This document shows positions 39,027 through 48,487 of a stretch of 64,000 nt of DNA, one piece after another. Source of the stretch: Spirochaetia bacterium (GTDB taxonomy: Bacteria > Spirochaetota > Spirochaetia > SZUA-6 > Bin103); NCBI GenBank assembly GCA_965203055.1, contig OZ241863.1, positions 4,288,001 to 4,352,000 on the forward strand. Direction: 5' to 3'. Within the stretch, counting starts at the first letter, position 1; every line of letters begins with the position of its first letter. Under the pieces are notes generated by a model. The model did no database searches. It had not been told where the DNA came from and saw only the letters and a program-made list of their open reading frames with translations. The position numbers and the translations under genes are program-made.

Positions 39027-40571
39027 ATGACGAGACGCAGATTGCCGATCGGCATCCAGACGTTCCGGGAGATCCGCCGGGAGGGCTGCTACTACGTCGA
39101 CAAGACGGCCTGGATCCGGCGGCTGGTCGACGGCGGCAAGCACTACTTTCTGTCACGGCCGCGGCGCTTCGGCAAGAGCCTGCTGCTGGACACGCTGAAG
39201 GAGCTGTTCGAGGGCAACGAGGCGCTGTTCCGGGGGCTGGCGATCCACGACCGGGACTGGTCGGTTCGCCATCCGGTGGTGCGGCTCGACTTCGGGAGCG
39301 GCAGCTACCTGGAGCCGGGCGGTCTCCACGAGGACGTGATGGCGCAACTGGAGGCGGTGGCCGAGGACGCCGGCATCGCGCCGCGCTACGCCACGGCGCC
39401 GGTCCGCTTCCGCCATCTGATCCGGGCGTTGCGCCGGCAGGCGGAGCAGCCGGTGGTGGTGCTGGTCGACGAGTACGACAAGCCGATCCTGGACGCGCTG
39501 GAGACCCCGGAAATGGCCCGCGCCAACCGCGACTACCTGCGCGGCCTGTACGCGACCATCAAGACCTGCGACGCGGACCTCCGGTTCGCCTTCCTCACCG
39601 GAGTCAGCAAGTTCTCCAAGGTGAGCCTGTTCTCCGGCCTGAACAACCTGACCGACATCACGCTCGACCCGCGCTACGCGGCCATCTGCGGCTACACCGA
39701 CGCCGACCTGGACACGGTGTTCGCGGCCGAGCTCGCCGGCCTGGACCGGCAGGCGATTCGCGCCTGGTACGACGGCTACAACTGGCGCGGCGAGCAACGG
39801 GTCTACAACCCGTTCGACATCCTGCTGCTGTTCCGCAACCGGGAGTTCAACGCCTGGTGGTTCGAGACGGCGACGCCCACCTTCCTGGTCGACACCCTGG
39901 TCGCGCGCAAGGTGAGCGCCCTGGCCCTGGACGACATGTTGGGCAGCGACGACCTGCTGTCGGCGTTCGACGTCGGCCACGTCGGCACCGAGGCGCTGCT
40001 GTTCCAGACCGGCTACCTGACGATCCGCCGCACCGAACGGCGCGGCAACCGCACCTGGTATCGGCTGGGCTACCCGAACCTGGAGGTGCGGCAGAGTCTG
40101 AACGAAAGCCTGCTGAACCGGCTGACCGGCGACCCGGCCCGGCGGGTGGAGCACAGCGCCCGGCTCTACGACCTGCTGCAGGCCAACGACTTCGCCGGGC
40201 TCAAGGAGCTGTTCCAGGCGTTCTTCGCCAGCATCCCGTACCAGTGGTACACGAACAACGACATCGCCTCGTACGAAGGCTTCTACGCGAGCGTGTTCTA
40301 CTCCTACTTCGCGGGCCTGGAGCTGGACCTCACGGTGGAGGACGCGAGCAGCCATGGGCGCGTCGACCTGACCGTGCGGTTCAACGGCGCGGTCTACCTG
40401 TTCGAGTTCAAGGTGGTGGAGCTGGAGCCGGAAGGAGCCGCGCTGGCGCAGTTGCGGGCGCGGCGCTACGCCGACAAGTACCGCGGCCGGGGGCAGCCGA
40501 TCTACCTGATCGGGGTGGAGTTCAGCAAGGAAACCCGCAACGTGGCCGCCTTCCAGGTGGAGCGCGCCTGA
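39027..40571 (+). CDS. AAA-ATPase-like / PD-(D/E)XK_9 nuclease fusion
   Basis: LPIGIQTF, YYVDKT, SRPRRFGKSL, VDEYDKP, FLTGVSKF, GRVDL...YLFEFK. Confidence 0.92.
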   Translation: MTRRRLPIGIQTFREIRREGCYYVDKTAWIRRLVDGGKHYFLSRPRRFGKSLLLDTLKELFEGNEALFRGLAIHDRDWSVRHPVVRLDFGSGSYLEPGGLHEDVMAQLEAVAEDAGIAPRYATAPVRFRHLIRALRRQAEQPVVVLVDEYDKPILDALETPEMARANRDYLRGLYATIKTCDADLRFAFLTGVSKFSKVSLFSGLNNLTDITLDPRYAAICGYTDADLDTVFAAELAGLDRQAIRAWYDGYNWRGEQRVYNPFDILLLFRNREFNAWWFETATPTFLVDTLVARKVSALALDDMLGSDDLLSAFDVGHVGTEALLFQTGYLTIRRTERRGNRTWYRLGYPNLEVRQSLNESLLNRLTGDPARRVEHSARLYDLLQANDFAGLKELFQAFFASIPYQWYTNNDIASYEGFYASVFYSYFAGLELDLTVEDASSHGRVDLTVRFNGAVYLFEFKVVELEPEGAALAQLRARRYADKYRGRGQPIYLIGVEFSKETRNVAAFQVERA

Positions 40572-40586
40572 CGTATGATCGGGCCC

Positions 40587-43157
40587 ATGGCCGCTCCCGC
40601 ATCCGACCGCTTCACTCCGCTCTCGCTGGCCGGCGCTTGCAACGCGGAGCGCGGCGCGCTGCCCGAAGCGCTGGCGCCGCCGCCGGACCTGGCCGGCCGG
40701 TACGGCCGGCAGGCGTTTCGCGGCGTGCCGTTCGACCTGGGCGCCGGCGGCGGCCCGGACGTCGTGCTGGTCGCCGCGGCTGCTGGCGCCGAGACGACGG
40801 TCACGGTGCCGGCCGGCGGGTTGCAGGCGACCTATCTGGTCTTCCTGCATCACGTCGAGGACCGCGCCTCCAACTATCTGACCGGTTTCGCGGATGACGG
40901 CGTGGACGGCAACGAGCTGGGCGATCACGCCGCCCACTACGTGCTGCGCTACGCCGGCGGGTCCGAGCACGTGCACCCGATCCGGCGGCGCTTCGCCATC
41001 CAGCAGGCGCGCATCGGCTGGGGGGCGAGCCCCTTCGCCGCGGTTCCGATGTACGCCGATCGGGTGTTCGCCTCGGCCGCCGAGGATCAGGCGGCCGGCC
41101 GGCTGGCGGCCCGGGGCTACGGCCGCGGCGAGACCCGGCACGACTCCGGCCGTGACGCCGGGCAGCGCCTGGCGTGGCTCTACGCGCTGCCCAACCCGCA
41201 CCCCGACCGCGCCATCGAAGCGGTCGAGCTCCGGCCCGGCAGCGAGCGCTGCGCGGTCTACGGCATCGCCGCCACCGCGCTGGCCGACCACCCGCTGCGG
41301 CCGGGCACGCGGCGCAAGCTCCTCCTCGACCTGCCGCCGGGCGCCGCGTTCGACGCCGCCGGCCACCTCCCCGGCCTGGAGCTCGACCTCGGCACGATCA
41401 TCTCCGCGCGGCCCGCGCTCGACTACGACCATGCCGCCTGGACCGGCGGCGCCGGCGCGCCCGCCCCGAATCTGCAGCCCGCGGTCTCCACCACGCGCGC
41501 GCTGGTCGAGTACGCCGCCCACCCGGACGCCCGCCTCTACGCCGGCGGCCGCGGGTACGACGTGCGCGCCCTGGAAGCGGGGCCGCAGGCGGTTGCCGCG
41601 GCCGCGCGGCCGGTGACGATCCGCGTCGTGGAGCGCGGCGGCTCGCAGCCGGTGGCGGTGCGGCTCCACCTGCACGGCGCGGCCGGCGAATACCTGCCTC
41701 CCAAGGGCAACCACCGCAGCGTCAACGGCAACTGGTTCGAAGACAACTACGGCGAGTTCGTCAATGGCGCCAACCAATACGCCTACGTGCCGGGCGAGTG
41801 CGTGGCGGACCTGCCGCTCGGCGACGTCTACGTGGAGATCACGCGCGGCTACGAGGTGCGGCCGCTGCGCACCCGCGTGACGGTCGCGGCGGACACCGAC
41901 GAGCTGGTGTTCGAGCTGGATCGGGTGCTGCGCTGGCGCGAACGCGGCTGGGTCACCGCCGACACCCACGTGCACTTCCTGAGCCCGCAGACCGCGCTCC
42001 TGGAGGGCGCCGCCGAGGGCGTCAACGTCGTCAACCTGCTGGCCAGCCAGTGGGGCGAGATGTTCAGCAACGTCGGCGACTTCGACGGCGCCACCACGCT
42101 CGGCGCGCGCGACTTCGGCGGTTCCGGCGAGTTCCTGGTGCGGGTCGGCACCGAGAACCGCATGCAGGTGCTGGGCCACATCTCGCTCCTGGGGTACTCC
42201 GGTTCGATGATCCATCCGTTGTGCTCCGGCGGGCCGGCGGAGTCGGCGATCGGCGACCCGCAGGAGGTGACCATGGCCCAGTGGGCCGCGCGCTGCATCG
42301 AGCAGGGCGGCGTGGTGGTAATGCCGCACGGCCCCAATCCGCAGTGCGAGCGCGCCGCCGACATCGTCCTGGGCGTGGTCCACGCGATGGAGATGATGAC
42401 CTTCAACCCGTGCGAGACGCAGCTCAATCCCTACGGCATCGCCGACTGGTACCGCTACCTCAATCTGGGCTACCGGCTGCCGGTGGTGGGCGGTTCCGAC
42501 AAGATGGCCGCCTCTTCGCAGCTCGGCGGGGTGCGCACCTACACGCAGCTCGGCGACCGCGAGTTCGCCTACGACGACTGGATGGCGGCCCTCAAGGCCG
42601 GCAACACCTTCGTGACCGTGGGACCGCTGGCGGAGCTCACGGTCGAGGGCGCCGCGCCCGGGGCGATCGTGGAGCTGCCGGCCGGCGGCGGCAGCGTGGC
42701 GGTCGAGTGGCGGGTAGAGTCGGTGGCGGTGCCGATCGCCGCGGTGGAGGTGATCTGCGGCGGGCTGGTAGCCGAGGAGGTCGACGCCGGCGGCCGGCTC
42801 GCCGCGTCAGGTCGCGCGGCGGTGCGGATTGCCGGCTCCACCTGGATCGCGCTGCGGGTGCGCGGCAGCTACCGCGGGCGCGCCGGCGACGTCGCCGCCC
42901 ATACCAGCGCGGTGCAGGTGCGGGTGGACGGCGCGCGGCCGTTCTCCGCCCACGACGCCGGGCTGATCCTGGAGCAGATCGAGGGCGCCCTGGCCTACGT
43001 GGACACCATCGCCCCGCGCCCGGACGCCGCCCGGTACCGGCAGCTCCGCGCCACCCTGGAAGGCGCCTGGAACCGCCTGCACCAGGCGATGCACCGCCGC
43101 GGCGTGTTCCACGGCCACACGCCCCTGCACGACCACGCCGAGCACCACGAGCACTGA
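40587..43157 (+). CDS. CehA/McbA-family PHP metallohydrolase
   Basis: GWVTADTHVHF, ENRMQVLGHISLLG, WYRYLNLGYRLPVVGGSDKM, GNTFVTVGP, AHTSAV; His-rich tail. Confidence 0.8.
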   Translation: MAAPASDRFTPLSLAGACNAERGALPEALAPPPDLAGRYGRQAFRGVPFDLGAGGGPDVVLVAAAAGAETTVTVPAGGLQATYLVFLHHVEDRASNYLTGFADDGVDGNELGDHAAHYVLRYAGGSEHVHPIRRRFAIQQARIGWGASPFAAVPMYADRVFASAAEDQAAGRLAARGYGRGETRHDSGRDAGQRLAWLYALPNPHPDRAIEAVELRPGSERCAVYGIAATALADHPLRPGTRRKLLLDLPPGAAFDAAGHLPGLELDLGTIISARPALDYDHAAWTGGAGAPAPNLQPAVSTTRALVEYAAHPDARLYAGGRGYDVRALEAGPQAVAAAARPVTIRVVERGGSQPVAVRLHLHGAAGEYLPPKGNHRSVNGNWFEDNYGEFVNGANQYAYVPGECVADLPLGDVYVEITRGYEVRPLRTRVTVAADTDELVFELDRVLRWRERGWVTADTHVHFLSPQTALLEGAAEGVNVVNLLASQWGEMFSNVGDFDGATTLGARDFGGSGEFLVRVGTENRMQVLGHISLLGYSGSMIHPLCSGGPAESAIGDPQEVTMAQWAARCIEQGGVVVMPHGPNPQCERAADIVLGVVHAMEMMTFNPCETQLNPYGIADWYRYLNLGYRLPVVGGSDKMAASSQLGGVRTYTQLGDREFAYDDWMAALKAGNTFVTVGPLAELTVEGAAPGAIVELPAGGGSVAVEWRVESVAVPIAAVEVICGGLVAEEVDAGGRLAASGRAAVRIAGSTWIALRVRGSYRGRAGDVAAHTSAVQVRVDGARPFSAHDAGLILEQIEGALAYVDTIAPRPDAARYRQLRATLEGAWNRLHQAMHRRGVFHGHTPLHDHAEHHEH

Positions 43158-43234
43158 ACGCCGCGAACCGCCGCGCGGCACCGTTGGCGCGTCCTCCCGC
43201 TTCGTCAGGGTATACTCTGGAAGAGGACGCAGCC

Positions 43235-43526
43235 GTGCAGGAGTGTGATGGTCCACGTCAGCAGCGCCGCTTGCGCCAGGGCCAGGCTTGGGAACTGGCC
43301 CGGAAGTACGTCTGGTGGCAGCCGCCGGACGAGACGCTGGGCCGACCGGCGGCTGTTGCTGGCGCAGATCATGACGTTGGGCACGTAGAGGACGTGCGCT
43401 GGCTGCTGTCGGTCGCTTCCGGCGACGACCTGCGCGCCGTGCTGTGCGATCCTCCGGTTGGCATTTTCAACGCTCGCTCCTGGTCGTTCTGGCATCTTCG
43501 GCTGGGCTTCGACGCCGTTCCTGGTC
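43235..43526 (+). pseudogene. Degenerate small protein of the type usually paired with an AbiEii-like nucleotidyltransferase; 3' end abuts the ISL3 end
   Basis: LARKYVWWQPPDE...EDVRWL...GDDLRAVL...GIFNARSWSFWHLRLG; the LLAQIMTLGT segment lies in the +1 frame. Confidence 0.55.
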
Positions 43527-44000
43527 GGGTCTTCAGGATTTCGTGTGGACGAGGTGGTCACGGACGACACCGGCGGGGTAGAGGTCAAGGCCGCCGAGGT
43601 GAAAGTAGATGGCGTTGCGGAACCTCTGCCGGTTGCGAAAGCCGTGCGCTGCGTACTTCAACCGCTGCACCCCCGCGTTGATCGACTCCGCCCGCGCGTT
43701 GCTCACCCTCTGCACCACCGCCGTCACGATCCCTTCCAGATGCCGCTTGACCATCCGCGCTACCCGCTTGACCGGCTCCAGCCGACACCGGATCGCCGAC
43801 TGGTACCACATCTGCCACGCCTTGCGCGCCCACCCGCGGGTGCGATAGCTCCACAGCGTCATCGCTTGTTCCTTGTAGCTCCAGGCGCGGGGTCTGCAGC
43901 GCGCTGTCGCGCAAGGCAGCGAACCGCTCCCAACGCTCGGCGTCCATGTGTTCGGGGTTGGTCAGCCACGCATAGCGGCTGCCCTTCAGCCGATCGTTAT
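43527..44000 (-). mobile_element. ISL3-family transposase C-terminal fragment (frameshifted) with terminal IR
   Basis: LKGSRYAWLTNPE, AWSYKE, RLEPVKRVARMVKRH, SNARAESINAGVQRLK..AHGFRNRQRFRNAIYFHLGGLDLYP; end sequence GGGTCTTC at 43527; frameshift near 43890. Confidence 0.88.
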
Positions 44001-44367
44001 GGCGGATAGTGGGCCGGCAGCGAGCAGGTGGCAGGGAGTAGTCTGTTCCGAGGGTGGGCCAGGAGGTCAAATCAAGGCGTTGCAACAGGAATTGGAGCTG
44101 CTGAGGCAGGATAGCGCGGCATGCGCACGGCAGTTCCTTGCCGATCGTCAGCGACCAGCCCGTTCATCATCCCAAGAGCTGCCGAAATTCCTTGAACTCC
44201 GTCATTTCTGTGGCCACTCCCTACCGAGTCGCTTATTCTGGGATAGATCATAGTGCGGGGATCACAATAATGTACGACGGCATGGGCGAAGAATCGTTTC
44301 CGGTGGTAACTGGTTCTCGCGGACTATATCGGATATTGGCTGATATTGCCTCTGGGAGTCGCGGATT

Positions 44368-45399
44368 ATGGGGGGCGTGACGGATCAGCGGGATGCGCGG
44401 CGCGGCGCCGGCCGCCCCATCCTTGGCGTCGAGCCGTTCGATGCCGGGTACGGCGGCGGCTTCCAGGCGCCGGTCGACTCTCCCGAAGCGATGGCCTGCG
44501 AGCTGGTGGAGGATGGCGGGGTGTTTCGGCGCCACGCGCCGCCGGCGGCGGCGCGGCCGCGGCGGCTGGCGTTCGTCGACGGCACGATGCGGGTCGAGGC
44601 GCGCTTGACCCGTACCGACCGGCACGGGACGGTGACCGGCCTGGCGGGAAGCTGGGGCGCGGGTGCGGTGCTGGCCGATGGCAGCCAACCGTTGCGCTTC
44701 GACCGGATCTTCATCGACCGGGCCGCGATCTTCACCGCCGGGGAGCGGGTGGAGCTGCCGCCGCAGCCGGGCGGCTGGGAATGGGAAGCGGATTCCATCA
44801 CCGGCACCGAGCTGGAGGCCGCCGGCGACCGCCTGCGGCGGCGCATGCGCGACATCGAGGCCGAAATCGCCGAGGGCCTCGCGGCCCAGGAGTGGCTGAC
44901 GGTTATCGACGGGCCGCTGCACAACATCCGGCGCACGCGGGCGCTGCCGGTGATCGGCTACGTCAAGACCCATCACCGTCCGATGCTGGCCGCGGCGGCG
45001 TGGCAGCAGGTGCCGGACCTGCAGCTTGGGGAGCGGTCGGGACTGTTCGCCATGCGCGACGACCTCTACGGCTGCTATCTGCGGGTTGGCCGGCCCGGTC
45101 CGTGGGCCGGTCCCTGGGCCGGCGTCGTTCGCCTCGAAGTGCCGGCCGGCGTCGGTTTGCAGATCGCGCAGCACAGCGCGGATGCGGCCGCGAGCTGGCT
45201 GCCGGCGTACGCTTCCGCCCACCACCGCGACCCGCGCGCCCCGGTCAACATGGCGCCGGTCGCCGGGCTGGAGCGTCACCTGCACCGCCTGCAGGGCGAT
45301 CGGCGGCTGGCGCTGCGCGCCGTACGGGCGGCGGTCCTGCAGCTCAACGAAGCGGACAGACTCTCGCCGGCGGGCGGCGCGGGCGGGAATACTCATTGA
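44368..45399 (+). CDS. nurA: NurA-family 5'-3' nuclease
   Basis: LAFVDGTMRVEAR, VIDGPL, IGYVKTH, DPRAPVNMAPVAGLERHL; directly upstream of HerA. Confidence 0.82.
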   Translation: MGGVTDQRDARRGAGRPILGVEPFDAGYGGGFQAPVDSPEAMACELVEDGGVFRRHAPPAAARPRRLAFVDGTMRVEARLTRTDRHGTVTGLAGSWGAGAVLADGSQPLRFDRIFIDRAAIFTAGERVELPPQPGGWEWEADSITGTELEAAGDRLRRRMRDIEAEIAEGLAAQEWLTVIDGPLHNIRRTRALPVIGYVKTHHRPMLAAAAWQQVPDLQLGERSGLFAMRDDLYGCYLRVGRPGPWAGPWAGVVRLEVPAGVGLQIAQHSADAAASWLPAYASAHHRDPRAPVNMAPVAGLERHLHRLQGDRRLALRAVRAAVLQLNEADRLSPAGGAGGNTH

Positions 45400-47219
45400 G
45401 TAGTGACCTGACGCCGACGCGCATCGGGCTGGTGGATGGGTCGGTGGACAGCAACTCGCGGACCTTTCACGTCGTGCTGGACCCAACGACGGTGATCCAG
45501 CTCGACGAGCTGGTTGCGGTCACCACCGACCTGCCCGACGGCAGCAGCGTCGTCCACTACGCGATCGTGACCGAGCTGCTGTCGCGCTTCGAAGGCGCCG
45601 AGCTGCCGTCCGACACCGGCCGCGTCATCGACCGGACCCTGCCGGCGGAGCTGGTGCGGCGCGCCGAGGTGCGCGTGCTGCGGGTGGTGCCGGAGCTGTT
45701 CCTGGCCCCGCACGCCGGAGCGGTGGTGACCCGCGCCGCCGGCAACCACCGCGCCATCGCCCTGTTCGAGGATGAAATGACGCGCGGGAGGCTGCCCCTC
45801 GGCCTGGACCTGGGGGGAGCGCCGGTGTACGCCGACATGCGCTTCGTGGATGGCCGCTCGGGCGGCCACGTCTCGATCTCAGGCATCTCCGGCGTCGCCA
45901 CCAAGACTTCCTACGCGCTGTTCCTGCTGTACCAACTGCTGGAAGCCGAAGGCGGCATGGAGTTGCTCGGCGGCCGCGCCAACCGCGAGCACGTGCGGGC
46001 GCTGGTGTTCAATACCAAAGGAGAGGACCTGCTGCACCTGGACCGCCCCAACCGCGAATTCAAGGAGGAGCAGCGCGCCCAGTGGCAGGCGCTGGGCGTG
46101 AGCGCGCCCGGCCCGTTTCGCTCGGTGCGGTTGTACGCGCCGCGCGCCGCGGCTGCGGCCGCCGAGCTGACGGCCGAAGTGCAATCGCGCCCCACCGGCG
46201 ACGTCACCCCCTACGGCTGGACCCCGGAGCAGTTCATCCGCGATCAGTTGCTGCAGTTCTGCTTCACTACCGACGATGAACGCACCACGCAGGTGGGCTT
46301 CGTGGAGCAGCAGGTGCGCATCCAGCTCCTGCGCCGCCTGCGGCGTCTGGCCGGAGATGACAGCGGCGCAGTGGTGATTGCCGAGCAGGTGCCGCCCAAC
46401 ACCGGCTACAACCCCGACCGCCTGGCGGAGCGGGAACCGGAGGCGGTGGCTGCGGGCGCCGGCCCCCTGATCCGCGAATTCGGCGATCTGATCGACCTGT
46501 TGGAGGCGATCGCGGCGGAGGACCTCGAACCGCGCCTGAACGAATGGTTCGGGCGCAGCCAGGCCGGCACCCGGCAGGCGTTCCTGCGCCGGCTGCTGCG
46601 CCTGCGCCGCCACCTCGGGCCGTTGATCGGGTGCGGCCTGGCGCCGCTGGCGCTGGAAAATGCGCGCCTGCACGTGGTGGACATCTCGCGTCTGCACGAC
46701 GATGCGCAGCGCTTCGTGGTGGGTGCGCTGCTGGACCGCATCTGGCGCGAGAAGCAGGGCACCGGGCGCCTGCCGTTGCGCTTCGTGGTGCTCGACGAGC
46801 TCAACAAGTACGCCCCGGCGCAGGGATTCTCGCCCCTGAAGGAACTCCTGATCGACATCGCCGAGCGCGGCCGTTCGCTCGGCGTGTTGCTGATCGGGGC
46901 GCAGCAGGCGGCGTCCGCGGTGGCGCAGCCGCTGCCGCGCAACGCGTCGCTGAAGGTGGCGGGGCGGCTGGACGCCAGCGAGTCGGAGGCGTACCGCTTC
47001 CTCTCCCCGGCGTTGCGCGAACGCGCCACCCGCTTCATGCCGGGCACCATGGTGGCGTCGCAGCCGATCGTGCCGGAGCCGATTCCGATTCGCTTCCCGT
47101 TTCCGCCGTTCGCGACCAACCCCGACGAGGCCGCGCCCGATCGTGCCGCCGATCAGCACCGGCTGCAGCAGCTCGAGCGCAACCTGACCGCCCTCGGGGG
47201 CCCGCGCGTCGCCTTGTGA
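45396..47219 (+). CDS. herA: HerA-family ATPase/helicase
   Basis: N-terminal HAS-barrel-like region; HVSISGISGVATKTSY (Walker A variant), FNTKGEDL, FVVLDELNKYAP, ERGRSLGVLLIGAQQ; TTG start overlaps the nurA stop. Confidence 0.88.
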   Translation: MSSDLTPTRIGLVDGSVDSNSRTFHVVLDPTTVIQLDELVAVTTDLPDGSSVVHYAIVTELLSRFEGAELPSDTGRVIDRTLPAELVRRAEVRVLRVVPELFLAPHAGAVVTRAAGNHRAIALFEDEMTRGRLPLGLDLGGAPVYADMRFVDGRSGGHVSISGISGVATKTSYALFLLYQLLEAEGGMELLGGRANREHVRALVFNTKGEDLLHLDRPNREFKEEQRAQWQALGVSAPGPFRSVRLYAPRAAAAAAELTAEVQSRPTGDVTPYGWTPEQFIRDQLLQFCFTTDDERTTQVGFVEQQVRIQLLRRLRRLAGDDSGAVVIAEQVPPNTGYNPDRLAEREPEAVAAGAGPLIREFGDLIDLLEAIAAEDLEPRLNEWFGRSQAGTRQAFLRRLLRLRRHLGPLIGCGLAPLALENARLHVVDISRLHDDAQRFVVGALLDRIWREKQGTGRLPLRFVVLDELNKYAPAQGFSPLKELLIDIAERGRSLGVLLIGAQQAASAVAQPLPRNASLKVAGRLDASESEAYRFLSPALRERATRFMPGTMVASQPIVPEPIPIRFPFPPFATNPDEAAPDRAADQHRLQQLERNLTALGGPRVAL

Positions 47220-48481
47220 AGCTGCTTCATACCGCCGACTGGCACCTCGGCGCGCGCCTGGGACGGCATGACCGGCTGCCCGATCAACAGGCCGCGGTGC
47301 GCGCCGTGCTGGCGGCGGCGCGCGCGCAGCAGCCCGACCTGATCCTGCACGCCGGCGATCTGTTCGATGCCGCCCGCCCGGTATACGAAGCGCTGGAGAC
47401 CGGGGTGCAGGCGCTGGGCCGCCTGGCCGAAATCGCGCCGACCGTCGTGCTGAGCGGCAATCACGATTCGCCCGCCCTGTTTCGGGTGATCGACCGGCTG
47501 GCGGAGGCCGCCCGCCCGCGCCGCCTGTGGATGGTGAGCGAACCGCGGGTGCTCACCTTCGAGGAATTGGCGCCCGAGCCGGTCGCGGTGGCGTGCGTTC
47601 CGTTCATTTCGGCCGGCGCGGGCGCAGCCATCTCCGCCGCAGAACCCGCCGCCGGAGACCCCGATCGTCCCGCCGGCACCTACGCCGATACCGTGCGCAC
47701 CTTGAACGACCGCCTCCTGGAGGAGGCGCAGCACATCGCCGGCGCGCGCGGGATCGTGCTCTACGCCGCCCACCTGCACCTTCACGGCGCCCGCCCCGGA
47801 CGCTCCGAGCGGCGCCTCACCGTGGGCGAGGATTACGCCGCCCACGCCGCCGGTCTGGAGCGGGCGCTGTACTGCGCGTTCGGGCATATCCACGATCCGC
47901 AGTTGCTGCCCGGCGGCGTGGCGCGGGGCCGATACGCGGGATCGCTGGTGCCGCTGGACTACGGCGAACAGGTGCAGCGCAAGCAGGTGGTGCTGGTCTC
48001 CATTGCCGGCGAGGTGCGCGCCGAGCCCTGCGAGATCGCCACCGGCCGGCCGCTGGTGGAGTTCGACGGAACGCTCGAGGAGTTGCAGCGGCGCGCCGCT
48101 GACGGCGGCCTCGATGACCACATCCTCAAGGCGCGGGTGCGCTCGGCGGACCCGATTCCCGACTTGGCCGACCGTCTATTCGAGCGCTCCCCGCGCTGCG
48201 TGGTGTTCGACCTGCACAACGCGCCGGCGAACCAGGCCGCGCAGGCGGTCTCCGCCGCCGCCGGCCCCGGTGAGGAACCCGCGCTGGTCGATCAGTTCCT
48301 GGAGTGGCGCGCAAGCGCGGCGCGCGGCGTCCGCGCGCCGCACGAGCAGGTGGCCGAACTGTTCAGCGCAGCCCTTGCCGGCGCCGGCGGGGAGACCGCC
48401 CCCGATCTGGGAGTCGCGGAGTTGGACGCCCGCGCCCGGCGGGTGTTGGCGGCGCTCGCCGCCGCGCTGGCGGGAGGCTGA
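47216..48481 (+). CDS. sbcD: SbcD/Mre11 metallophosphoesterase nuclease
   Basis: KLLHTADWHLG, AGDLFD, SGNHD, AFGHIHDPQ, YAGSLVPLDYGE; GTGA overlap with herA. Confidence 0.93.
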   Translation: MKLLHTADWHLGARLGRHDRLPDQQAAVRAVLAAARAQQPDLILHAGDLFDAARPVYEALETGVQALGRLAEIAPTVVLSGNHDSPALFRVIDRLAEAARPRRLWMVSEPRVLTFEELAPEPVAVACVPFISAGAGAAISAAEPAAGDPDRPAGTYADTVRTLNDRLLEEAQHIAGARGIVLYAAHLHLHGARPGRSERRLTVGEDYAAHAAGLERALYCAFGHIHDPQLLPGGVARGRYAGSLVPLDYGEQVQRKQVVLVSIAGEVRAEPCEIATGRPLVEFDGTLEELQRRAADGGLDDHILKARVRSADPIPDLADRLFERSPRCVVFDLHNAPANQAAQAVSAAAGPGEEPALVDQFLEWRASAARGVRAPHEQVAELFSAALAGAGGETAPDLGVAELDARARRVLAALAAALAGG

Positions 48482-48487
48482 CGAAAC

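Noticed and set aside
39153..42383. 1076-aa minus-strand ORF
   Set aside because: Shadow of two well-supported plus-strand genes.
44346..45395. Long N-terminal extension of HerA in the ORF track (similarly 46544, 51115, 26767, 34637 and 6875 starts)
   Set aside because: These overlap genuine upstream genes in other frames; real starts are at the coupled junctions or motif-defined N-termini.
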